NCBI RefSeq assembly: GCF_964355755.1
Contig: NC_092676.1
Span: forward strand, 13,844,871-13,908,870
DNA from: Antedon mediterranea
Lineage: Eukaryota > Animalia > Echinodermata
Length of the DNA: 64,000 nucleotides
Direction: 5' to 3'
The notes beneath the pieces were generated by a model. That model was not told the origin of the DNA. It saw only the letters and a list, made by a program, of their open reading frames with translations, and did no database searches. The position numbers and the translations under genes are program-made. Of the stretch, positions 25,993 through 37,914 are shown in pieces (the stretch's first letter is position 1; the number at the start of each line of letters is the position of its first letter).

Positions 25993-27235
25993 TATTGAAG
26001 AATAAAAAAAAAAACAAGAAATAGAAACTGTATTATTATGTTTTTAAATGCAAGAAAGCAGGAGAGACGAGTGAGATTATAGGCCTACTGTATCCATTTC
26101 ACTCTTCCATGCCAGTAAAGCACTGTGGTCAGGTAAAAATACTAAGAAAGTATTGAAATTCGCACAGAAATATCTGTATTATGTACTGTGAAAAGAAAAC
26201 CATCTGTTGATTTCAAAAAGACAATTATTATCACACATCTGCAACTATAAAAAAAATAGGCCTACTGTCTACAAAACAATACTAAAACACATGGTATTTT
26301 ATATTTCAAAGTTCTAATACTGTTCTGTTTACACATATTATTACTGAAAAAATCTAGGTTATATAGACTCGCTATATAAATATATTATACAGCCTATATA
26401 GATACGTGAACATGTTGGTCGAAATGGCATCACATGACCACCGTTTGAAGGATTGTAAATGTTTGGACATATACAACAATCCAGCGAACCGAGTAATTTT
26501 CGTGTAGCAAAAGGTTGAGAGGTTAAAATCTCTAGACATGTCAACATTAATATCTTTGTTACTTTTTGAAGGCTAGCCTAGCCACAAGCAGAGAGGACAA
26601 CCCAGCCAGGTCTACTGAATACATCTGATACTCAAGATTTGTCTTTTAATGATCAATTATTTTCCTTCTTAGGAGGCTGAGACAATTTGGTATTAGATCA
26701 GAAGGGATATCCATTTATGTATGTTACTAAATGTGCCTAAAAAATCATAGGCATACTCCAACGTTCTATTGGTACTTTGTACACTAAATGTTTACTCAAA
26801 AAGGCTACATTGATCAAAAATGATCCATACCATCCTGGCAACCATCATTTCCAAACTATGTAATGTCTCACAGTCACAAATATAGATCGATACTTGCAAA
26901 AACTAATAGGTCAGTTTCTTCTTTCTACCAAACAGCAATCCGTGTAATTAATGACACATTTTTACTTTAAGCATTTAATTCGCCGAAACCTTTTATTTGT
27001 TGTTAGCCAAACCAATTCATTTCAATGTAAATGTTTTTTTATATATTTACATATGACAATAAATTTATTTACTTACTTACTTACTTAAACTTTATGTTCT
27101 GAAGAACATCATCCAACACATCTATTGTCATCTCTGTAAAACATCAATATGTTGGTAATCCATTTGTTAGACCCACATAATCATTCAGTATTCCAATTTT
27201 CTGGAAATATATTAAATTCTTTTATACAAAAAATG

Positions 27236-27557
27236 TCAGTCTCTGTTTTCCATAACTTCCTGCAAGACTTCATCAATTTTATCTCCTTCAAGGTCATTAA
27301 TCAATTCCTGAAATTCTTCTTCATTTACCACTGATTTAAGAAGCTTAATCACATGACTTCTGAGATTTGTCAGTTTTCTTTCAGAATCTCCAAAATTAAC
27401 AGTTTGCACTGCTCTTGTGGTAGAAACTACCTGTATTTTGCCATCAGCTATGTATTCAGAAGGTTTGTTTGTGTGAGGTTTCTGTTCATGTAGCTCACTT
27501 TCTTGACTAGGTTTAACTTTTATTTTCTTCACTGGAGGTGGGTCAGTATTTTCACCA
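27236..27557 (-). CDS. Host gene terminal coding exon; MORC-like coiled-coil C-terminus
   Basis: TTTCTATCAATAG acceptor, phase 2. Ends ERKLTNLRSHVIKLLKSVVNEEEFQELINDLEGDKIDEVLQEVMENRD*, resembling from memory the MORC2/3 C-terminal motif KL..LR.NV..LL. Confidence 0.75.
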
Positions 27558-30239
27558 CTATTGATAGAAATTATAAAAACAATTGTATGTACTGTAAGCA
27601 AGAAGACTAATGTTTAGTTAATTGCATATTTCATGTAACTAATTGTAGTACTGTTATAGTCTGAAATAAAGATATATAAATAGCGCCCCCTAAAAAATTG
27701 TACTTTTAAGGAATACCCCGATCGTAGCGATTGGTACCGTCCAAACTATGAGAAGACGATAACATGAGTGATGCGGCCATTGTGGTTCGACATCTAATAC
27801 TGTACATCATGTATTATTATTGTCTTGTAGGTATGTAAAGATAACTGGGTTATTCCATAAGTAAATTGTCAGGAAGTAGAACGGAGATGAGTCTACTTAT
27901 TTAGAAATTATGTAGGAACGAACGATGAAGCATGAATCTATAAAAACAGTATTTTAGGGATAAATCAACCTGTATGTTGCCATAAATGATTATAAAGTGT
28001 GAAACATAGGTTAGGTAACGATAAATTATGTCTGGAGAGGAATGTTCGGGTAAATTACCAGTAGGGTAACAAATACTGTGAGCGATTACTTTATGTGTTG
28101 TTATAATTATTGGCACTATACTAGGATAAGTTATAATGTATACGGTACTGAGATAAGACTATAGTGTATTTACTGTACACTGATTCGACTCACATGTGTG
28201 AGATGAGTTCCGTTACTGTAATTTGTAGAGGGCGCACTTGTTGTTTACTTTGCTGTCAGGCCTAGATTATAATGCATAGTTAGGCATAGAGATGGGTATT
28301 ACAGTACTATTGATGACGTATGGAATAATTATACGGGAAAGATATTTTTAATCAAGAATGTGTTTGTTAACATGTTAATCTACGCTTACGCTAAGGTCAA
28401 ATTTTCGTTCGCTACAGTGGCGAAAGGTTTTGAAAAACATTAGCCAAATTGAAAATCCTTTAGCCAAATTTAAAAAACCATAAAAATTCGAAAAAATGTT
28501 TATTAAATAAATAATGCATGTATTTTTTTGTTATTTTACTTCTTTTACATTTATATTATTATTAGGTATCCCAATGAACCTGATTTTCGTTACCGCGATT
28601 TTAACACGTTCGTGAAATTTTAAAAAGTGACGTGTCTTTGAAGTTAAAAATATACTATTTCTTATGTACCCATGAGAATAAAAATTATATGCCTGGAAAG
28701 ATCTTGTTTAAGGGATTATTTTTATATATTTATAATCTATGTTTATTAAATATTTTAATAGAAAATGCGAGTTAAAAATGAGGTACAAAAGCCGGCGAGC
28801 CGAAATCCGCACGCTAAAAATAACATTGGAAAACACCTACCCATTTTCGCACCCGATCGCACAAGGTCCATAATAGGTGGTGGAGTAATTTTTGTTGCAT
28901 GTTATCGGGCTTTAAATACCCTTTATTTTGATATGTAAATCGGTTATTATTATTATGTACATCCGCCTCACTGTCAATTTTAACGATAAAAATTGAATTT
29001 TTTAGTCTTTCTCATTATCAAAATCTGGCTAATTTAGTATTGAATTGAAGCTAATTTATATTTCTGTTTGATAAAACACATCGTTTTATTTGACTTTGCG
29101 TGGAACTCGTGCGAAGAGGCCAACAAGACCAACCACTGAAAAAAATAATCCCTACCATAAATATCAATCAATCAATCAATTTATTTGGAAATTGCACCTT
29201 TACATCGGTGGCACACACAGTAAGTGGTGCATCCATATTAAACACAATTAACATAAAATGACGGATACGGATACTTAAGCTAATTTACAAAGTTAAAAGA
29301 TTAAAAATATTTGTCTGACATGAGTTGATACATCATTTTAGTTAAATATATTTATATGCATAAAGAGGAAGTAGTTACCATTTTTCCTTATTCAGTTCTC
29401 CGCTTATTACTAAATTACCGTCGCCCAGGCAATGTGCATGGTATGCATGTATTAGCGCGTTAATTAATGATTGGATAACCCCCGCAGTGGACTGTTCCAT
29501 TTTCTGAACTAGTCTTCGCCGCACACGAGGCATGTCGAAAAATGTCGCCTCTCATCATGGAATATTTGCTTCGAAAACGTCAATTTTACCGATTTATTAA
29601 ATTATTTAATGAGTGGAATATTTATCAATCTACTATATAAAGCAAGTACGTTAGGAAGAAATGTACCGCAGAAATTTAAGAAGCTTTGAATTTGCTATGC
29701 AGCGTCCGTAACCCATTCTATGTAGGCGGCCGAAACGCGCTTTGGCCAGGGTTGCCGTTGTAGTAGTACTAGTAGTAGTTCTTAGCTATTCAATTTAAAG
29801 CGCAACTTTCGGTTAGAATAATCGAAAGGGAAATAAAATTACATTACAATTAAACATGTTGTTAACATTATACTATTTATTGAGGTAATTACTTTGTTAA
29901 ATTTAAAATTCCCCTTTTTAAATAACAGAACAGCCTCGTTTACGGAAGTATTCGTCCACATGTTTCTGTTTACATTTTCTTCTCGAAGTTCATTTTCTAC
30001 ATCGAAGAATAGGGACTTCCCCTTTTATTCGCTCATCATCACGTCGAAGGTCGACGACGGCCGGCCAGCGATTTTTTTTTTCGTACATAAGTTGGGAACC
30101 CTCATGAAACGTCACAAAATAAACATGAATAATTCATCAGTTAAATTTGTTGTTCCGTGTGCACCCACATAATTTGTAATCATGAAAACTACAAAATGGA
30201 TTGTAATTTATCATGAATAAATATAGTAATGACACTTAC

Positions 30240-30259
30240 TTGTTTTCTGCATTTTCAGC
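30240..30259 (-). CDS. Host gene 20-nt microexon (AENAEN)
   Basis: GTTGTTTTCAG|GCTGAAAATGCAGAAAACAA|GTAAGT; phase 0 to 2, exactly bridges the flanking exons. Confidence 0.75.
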
Positions 30260-30457
30260 CTGAAAACAACAAAGTAATATAATACATTATGTTTATATTC
30301 TTTACAGATTTCCTACAAACAGCTTTTAGTATAAAAAAGTAGTTATTATTCTCCACAGTTTATCACATTCTGGCTTTATGCTATATAAGTGTAAATTGGT
30401 GCAGTAGGGAAATGTGTGATGTAAAAAAAATGACCAGTTAACCCAAGATATAATAAC

Positions 30458-30607
30458 CTTTTCAACATCCATCACACGTGTATCGAGTTGTTCCTTCTGA
30501 TTTAAAAGTTCCTTTTTAAGGTTTAACAGAACAGAATATGTTGATTCTTGTTCAATTTCATCTGGCTTATTCACCTCTTTTTGAGCATTCTTGTTCTCTT
30601 TCTTGGC
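30458..30607 (-). CDS. Host gene 150-nt exon (AKKENKNAQKEVNK...VMDVEK)
   Basis: TTTTTTCTCTCATCCAG acceptor, AAG|GTTATT donor, phase 0-0, open frame, coiled-coil. Confidence 0.75.
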
Positions 30608-30719
30608 CTGGATGAGAGAAAAAAAACATCACAAATGTTTGTTAATGGGTAAGAAGAAACTTGCTAACAACCATGACCAACAGATCAGGAACTACACTAT
30701 TATACAAATAATGAAGGTT

Positions 30720-30885
30720 TATGAGTGCAGTGGCGCAAGTAATGATAAAGATCAGTCAGATCTACATCGTGTTGTTAAGTGTGCATCACGTATCATTGGA
30801 TTTGAGAAGAGCTCTATTGAATCTGTTTTTGAGAATCGATTAATGAAGAAAAGACATTCTATATTGCAAGATTCATGCATAATGT
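30720..30885 (+). mobile_element. Rex1/L2-like LINE 3' fragment
   Basis: DQSDLHRVVKCASRIIGFEKSSIESVFENRLMKKRHSILQD. Confidence 0.6.
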
Positions 30886-33800
30886 ATTTGAGGTGGTCAC
30901 ATATGATGAGGAGATCAAAATTTGAGCATCACACCTCTGTCACTCATCCCGATGATATGCAAATTACCTTAAATATGCAAATTAGGGTGAAATTACAGGG
31001 TTATCATATCTCAAAAACTATATTTACTCTAATGAAACATTTTACGAAAAAATGACCGGAAGTACAACATTTGACCCTCCACCCCATTTCTCAATGTTTG
31101 CATACACAATGTGACTAAAATGTCTGTAGAGACTTTATTTTAAGGTCAAATGACCCAGATGTAGGTTCCTAATAGCATTAGCGTTTTTCGAGATATGGAA
31201 ATTGACTGTAATTTGCATATTTCATATAACTTAATGTACTACTAATTTGCATACTTTCGAGGTGCTATACTGGCTATATAAAACCTGTATCCAAGTCATT
31301 TGAGGCCAAAACAAAGTCTGTAATACATTTTAGTTGCATTGCATTATATGAAATAGAGTTGAAGGTCAAATGTCATACTTTCGATAATTTTTTCGTAAAA
31401 TGTTTTATTAGAGCGAATATAAATATGTACATTCTGAATAAGGCTTTGAAAAAATCAACTCTCTAGCATTAATGGCTTTCGAGATATGGGAAGACTGTAA
31501 TTTCACCCCCTTATTTGCATATTTCATGTAATTTGTACTAATAATTAGCATAATTTCGAGGTGTGTGACAAAGGCGTGATTTTGGGAATTACAAAGCGGT
31601 CCTATGCCGACTATAGGAAACTACAGTAGTATCCGAGTCATTTGAGTCCAAAACAAATATAAAAATGTACATTCTGAACAAGTTTTTGAAAAAATCAACT
31701 CTCTAGCCTTAGTGGTTTTCGATATATAGGAACCTGTAATTTCACCTCCTAATTTGCATATTTCATGTAACTTGTTCTAATAATTTGCATACTTTGGAGG
31801 TGAGCGATACAGGTGTGATTTTGAGATTTACTTAACAATCCTATGTTGACTATTAGAAACTGTATCTGAGCCATTTGAGGGCAGAACAAAGTATCTACAG
31901 ACATTTTAATTCTTTCTTTCACATTCATCCATTTCTTTTTAGCTTTCTTTACTACAAGTATGTTGATTTTCAATCAAATTTTTAAGTTCAACTCGGAACA
32001 AGTTCCAAACCACTGTTGATTTAATTTTTTAATGCTTTTCCACACAGATTGAATAAAATTTGATTTATATATACAAAAAGTGAATAACGATATTAATTCA
32101 TTGACATTTTCACTTTTTCTTAAGGGATATAACATTAAAAAACCATAGTGTTAAACTTGTTCCATGCATACTGGATACTTTCACAAGCATACAGTTTCAA
32201 TCTAAATTTGACAACGTTCGCATAACTCAGTTGAAGATATTTTCCATATCTTCATTCTTAATTGTTTACAAGCCAATATACGGTGTGCTAATTTTTTTGC
32301 AACATGTTTCATGCTATAATCTTTGTTAAACCATATTTGTTTCCAATCAAAATTTATTTTCTTAAACTCCGATTCCCATTTAAATTTACAAAAAGGAGAA
32401 GTAGAAATGTTATTGATGAGGTGTTTATAATAAAATGAATTGTTATAGTTGTTACAATATAGAATTGTTTACTTATACAATTTCAGTGGTTGTTATTTTT
32501 TCATTCAAATTTGATTGAAGGAAAAGCATTTATAAGTATTATCCCACTTTGTTGTTTTGAAAAGGATGGGATCAATTCTTTGGTGGTCATTATTCCACAG
32601 TTTCTTGTGTTATCTTTTATCATTTTATAACCTGACTGTAGCCAACCTTTGAAATATAATGTTTTACCTTTACTTTTTTATAAAACAATTTTCCCACAAA
32701 TTCTGCATTTCTATGTCTTTTATGTTATAAAAGTACACTGCTAGGGCTTAACAATCTCTTAATCCAAACAGTCGAGACGCAGATAGCTCAAATGACCATT
32801 AAATCACTAATTTTTGCCTGCGCATGCGTCAAATTCAGACCAGGAAGTGTAATATGTTGGCACCTAGCGACGACATGCAATGAATTTTTGCACGGAAGTG
32901 GCTTTAGAAATCCATTAAAATTTCACCAATCCGGGTCCTAATTTAGCTGCCAAATTTGGTAAAGACTATACCAAATATAGAAGTACCTCCCCGCCAAAAA
33001 ATTCTGTATAAAAGGAGGATAATGTTAATCACTGGCCATTTTTTTAAATCACAGTTGTAAAGTACTCATGTGAAGTAAGTCTTGGTTTTGGTTTGTTGTG
33101 GTTTGTAACAAGCCAGCCGATTTTTTCTTCACCAGCCAAAATTAATGAACCTGCAGTATGTGTATAATACATATTTAATAAACATTTTGTCCAATTTTAG
33201 GCTCTGTTCATGCATAACAAGTATGTTTAAATCGTGTAAATTTAGCAGTCACTTGTTCGGGCCGTCGCTATCTTTGTTTATATTTTTTAACCATATCGTA
33301 ATTCCAAGGCTATTGCAATTACGTCATTTCACTCTTCGGAAAATGGCTGGTTTTTTAGAATTCATTCGCCGTCCTCAAACGAATCCAGCCATTTAAAAAA
33401 TAATATCCTTCGGTCAAAATGTGTGGCTTATATATTTACATCATATATATATAAGAATGGTGATTGTTCCTGATGTTTTTGCTCAAAAATTTTTCTAGCA
33501 CTACGTTAGCCGCCACTTACTAAGATCGATACAAACTTACACATGGCTAGCCTAACTTTGATAGGATTTTCAAAATGTATGCTGGTAAAATCTGAAATTG
33601 CTAATGTTTTAATAATCAATATTTTACCCAAAAAAGAGGGGTTTCTTTTTTGCCATAGTAATATTTGGTCCAATTTAGTAATTTTTAGTCGCGTGCAACT
33701 CGACTCTACAACTCACTATGTTGGTTGGTTGGTAAACACTAACTTGAGCATGCGACTTCAGCCATGTACAGTATATGGTATATGGTTTTATTCCAGTTCT

Positions 33801-35969
33801 TTTCCTCACAAACTTTTTCATTGTAGCCAACAAAATACCTAAAAATTTGACTGGATTTTTTGTCCATGTTATAAAAAGGTGTTGTTTCATTATTTTTAAT
33901 GGAACAAATCCACATTCCTTTCCTTTTTCCTTTATTTAATTTTAAACAAGACATACTACAAAAAACATCTATTTCTTTAAAAAAAATGTTTTAGGACTAA
34001 TTTTGTCTTTTGAAAATAAAACAGTGTCATCTGCTGACAGATTTTTACTGTATTATCAATGGTATTTGGCAATTCAATGCCTTTATTGTCTCTTAATATT
34101 GTTTACCAGTATTTCTATGGCTAAAATAAACAATAGCAGACAGTGGACATCCTTGTCTCACTCGACATTATCCATCGGGAAACTTTTAGATAGCCATCCA
34201 TTATTTTCAATAACACATTGTGTGTCTGTATAGTAATTTAATTTGTAAATGACATTCCAAAGCCACAATTTTTGCGGCATTTGAAAATAAAGTCTATTAG
34301 TCCATGGGCTGGAGGGGGATTACTGTGCACCCCCCCCACCCCCACAGTTAAACTTCTTCTATAGAGTGAAAAAATCGATGTTAACAAGAAAAATATAGGG
34401 ATTCATTGTATGTACTTGCGTCATTTGTAATGATCATCAGTGTTTTATCTTCAAATATTTTTTGGGGTAGGGGGTAACATTTATCCTAATAACCCAAGAA
34501 TCCAACATCTAATTAGTATTATCTTAGTAACATTGTGTAGCATACATCTTTTAAAATCTTTTAAAATTTAAATAAAATTAATCGGAAGATTATTAAGGTC
34601 AGTAGAGGTCAAAAGGTCATTGACCTTTTGCAAAATGCAAATTTTTCCCAAAATATAGATAAATTTCAATATGGTATCTACAATTTTCAATATTTTTTAT
34701 CTTAATTGTGTTTTACTTGTGCTTACTGACATATTGAATAAGAATATATGTTAACAAGATAAAAATTGCAGTTCATTATATACAAATTGTTATTTTTTAT
34801 TGTTAAAAATTGCAATAAAAATACATTTTTTGGGGTAGGGGGTAACAATAATAGCAATAACCCAAGAATCAAACATCTATTTAGTATGATCTTGGTGTTG
34901 TTGTGTAGCATTCATGTTTTTTAATCATATAAAATTTGAATAAAATTAATCGAACCATTTTAAGGTCAATAGAGGTCAAAAGGTCACTGACCTTTTGCAA
35001 AATTGCAAATATTTGCCATAATGAGATACATTTCAATACCAAATCTCCAATTTTCAATATTTTTTATTTTAATTGTGTTTTACTTGTGTTTACTGACATA
35101 TTGAACAACAAAATATGTGTTAACATGTAAAAAATTGCACTGCATTAATACCATTGTCATGTAATTTTGTTATTCTTCTAAATTACAATAAAAAGACATT
35201 TTTGGGGTAGGGGATAACAATTATCCCAATAACCCAAGAATCCAAAACCTAATTAGTATTATCTTGGTACCATTGTGTAGCATACATCTTTTAAAATCTT
35301 ATAAAATTTAAATAAAATTAATCGGACTATTAGTAGGGTCAGTAGAGGTCAAAAAGTCATTGACCTTTTACAAAAATGCACATTTTTGGCAAAATATAGA
35401 TAAATTTCAACATAGTATCTATAATTTTCAATATGTTTTATCTTAATTATGTTCTACTTGTGCTTACTGACATATTGAATAAGAAAATATATGTTAACAA
35501 GATTAAAATTGCAGTTCATTATACATAAATTATCATTTTTTATTCTTAAAAATTGTAATAAAAATACATTTTTTGGGGTAGGGTGTAACATTAATAGCAA
35601 TAACCCAAGAATCAAACATCTAATTAGTACGGATCTTGGTGTCGTTGTGTAGCATTCGTATTTTTTAACCAAATAGAATTTTAATAAAATTAATTGAACC
35701 ATGTTTAAGGTCAGTAGAGGTCAAAAAGGTCACTGACCTTTTGCAAAATTGCAAATATTTGCCATAATGAGATACATTTCAATATCAAATCTCCAATTTT
35801 TTCAATACTTTTCGTTTTAATTGTGTTTTACTTGTGTTTACTGACATTGAATAACAAAATGTGTGTTAACATGAAAAAAATTGCAGTGCATTAATACCAT
35901 TGACATGTAATTTTATTATTCTTCAAAATTGCAATAAAAAGACATTTTTGGGGTAGGGGGTAGCATTAA

Positions 35970-36307
35970 TGTACTTGTCAATTGTATGACCCACTATACG
36001 ACCCCCAGGAGAGGTGCGTCATTTGTCCGATGTGTGTCATACTTTAGAATACCATGACGCACCCGTGCGTCAAAAAGGTGACTTACCTTTAGGTGACCAT
36101 GACGCACCCATTTTGACGCACTGTGACCATGTTGTTTATGATATGGTGGGTGGTAAAGTGACGGACATTGACACACCTTGTTCATTGATGTGACGTACCA
36201 TCTAGGTTTTTTGATGCACCCCTGTGTCAGTAATTATTTGTAAATGACGCACCCATGACGCACCTCTCCCGGGGGTCGTATAGTGGGTCATACAATTGAC
36301 AAGTGCA
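35970..36307. mobile_element. Harbinger/Tourist-like MITE
   Basis: ~50-bp TIR TG(T/C)ACTTGTCAATTGTATGACCCACTATACGACCCCC; TAA TSD; empty site in the mirror arm (~38490). Confidence 0.85.
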
Positions 36308-36589
36308 TAATACCAATAACCCAAGAATCAAACATCTAATTAGTACGATCTTGGTATCGATGTGTAGCATATATGTTTTTGTAATCATGTAGAATTTAAA
36401 TGAAATTAATCGAACGATTATTAAGGTCAATGGAGGTAAAAATATAAATATTTCAATATCAGATCTCCAATTTTCGATATTTTTTTATTTGAATTGTCTT
36501 TTACTTGTGCTTACTAACATATTGAATAAGAAAACGTGTGTTAAGATAAAAAATGTCAGTACATTGTATAAAAATTGTCATTTTTGTAA

Positions 36590-37914
36590 TCTATATATAA
36601 ATTTATATACGTAAGGGCAAAATTCGGTAAATCGCGCCTTACTTCTAGAATGTTTACTCGATGGTTCGTACTTTCGGTACTGATTTTAACCACCTGATTA
36701 AACCCTATTTACTAATTAAATTAAGTTAGATAATTAGTTATTGACGATTAAAACAAATTTAGGTTCAACGATTTGCCCCAAAGAGGGGTGTTTTCCGATT
36801 GTGGTATACACTGTCTAATGGATGTCCATCTTGAAAAATACCCGCCACAAAAATGCGAGGAGGCTTCGCATTTTCCTATCTCCTCCTACGATAATTGTTT
36901 TTAATAGCTGAAAACCGGTTGAACAGCTAGAGTACAGCATCATTATGTTGAAGACAGGCCGATTTTCTTTAAAAAATACTATTTTGATAGATTTAATATA
37001 CGATTCTACAAATGTATTGATTTGCGATGAATGGAACATCCCAATCTCTCAGTCTGCCAGAGTTTAACACAAGTAGGTAAATATATGGGCCCTTTGAGAA
37101 TATACTTGCAATACTTCGACAATACTGTAAATACCTATTAAATATATTGTTGGTCCTCATTTGAATCGAACATTTATTACTGTGAATGTTCGTACTGTTA
37201 GATGTAATATAAAAATATATACAAATAAACTTTATTATTGAGATTGTGGATAGGCTCTACTGTTAGATATATCAGGGAGTTGTTATTAGATAACAACTCC
37301 CTGGATATATAAACACATTATTATATACAAATAAACTTTATACTGACAGTTCCTTCTCAACGTTTGTATTAATTAATAATTACCAAAAATATAAACGTCG
37401 TAGTGGTGTATCGTGTACTTTAATATTTCAATCGATTATGACAGTGACAGTTTTAACAAAGTATTAAATCGCAAATGTTTTACTGTATTTAGATGTACCG
37501 TAGGCCTATATTATTTTTAGGCCTATAAAACATGAAAGAAATATTTCGTTACTGAGTGGATAAAGAATATATTTAAAAATTGTTCTTCTTTGTACCTATC
37601 CGCTTTCCCATCCCTCAACCCTAATGTTACATACAAAACACAAATTGGGTTTCTTTAAATAAGTCCAAATCAAAAATTTTGACTCATTTTGTGATAAGTT
37701 TCTCCTTCGGAAGTAATTCCCAGGGTGCTAATTTTAGTTGACTACATAAATCATCGTGTCTATTTATTCGTTTCTGTAAACGACAATGTATTATAGTCCT
37801 GCGGTACGTACATTTGAAATCGCCAGTTTTGTTACGCTGAAATTACTGTGTATTCGAGAACCATCTGTGGGTACGAGCTAGATGGTACGCGAGCGAAGCG
37901 AGCGTACCATTTAG
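36590..37914 (+). mobile_element. Non-autonomous Helitron
   Basis: A|TCTATATA 5' end, 3' hairpin ATGGTACGC..GCGTACCAT + TTAG|T, no TSD, absent from the mirror arm; paralogs at 45040-45760 and 57000-58990. Confidence 0.88.
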
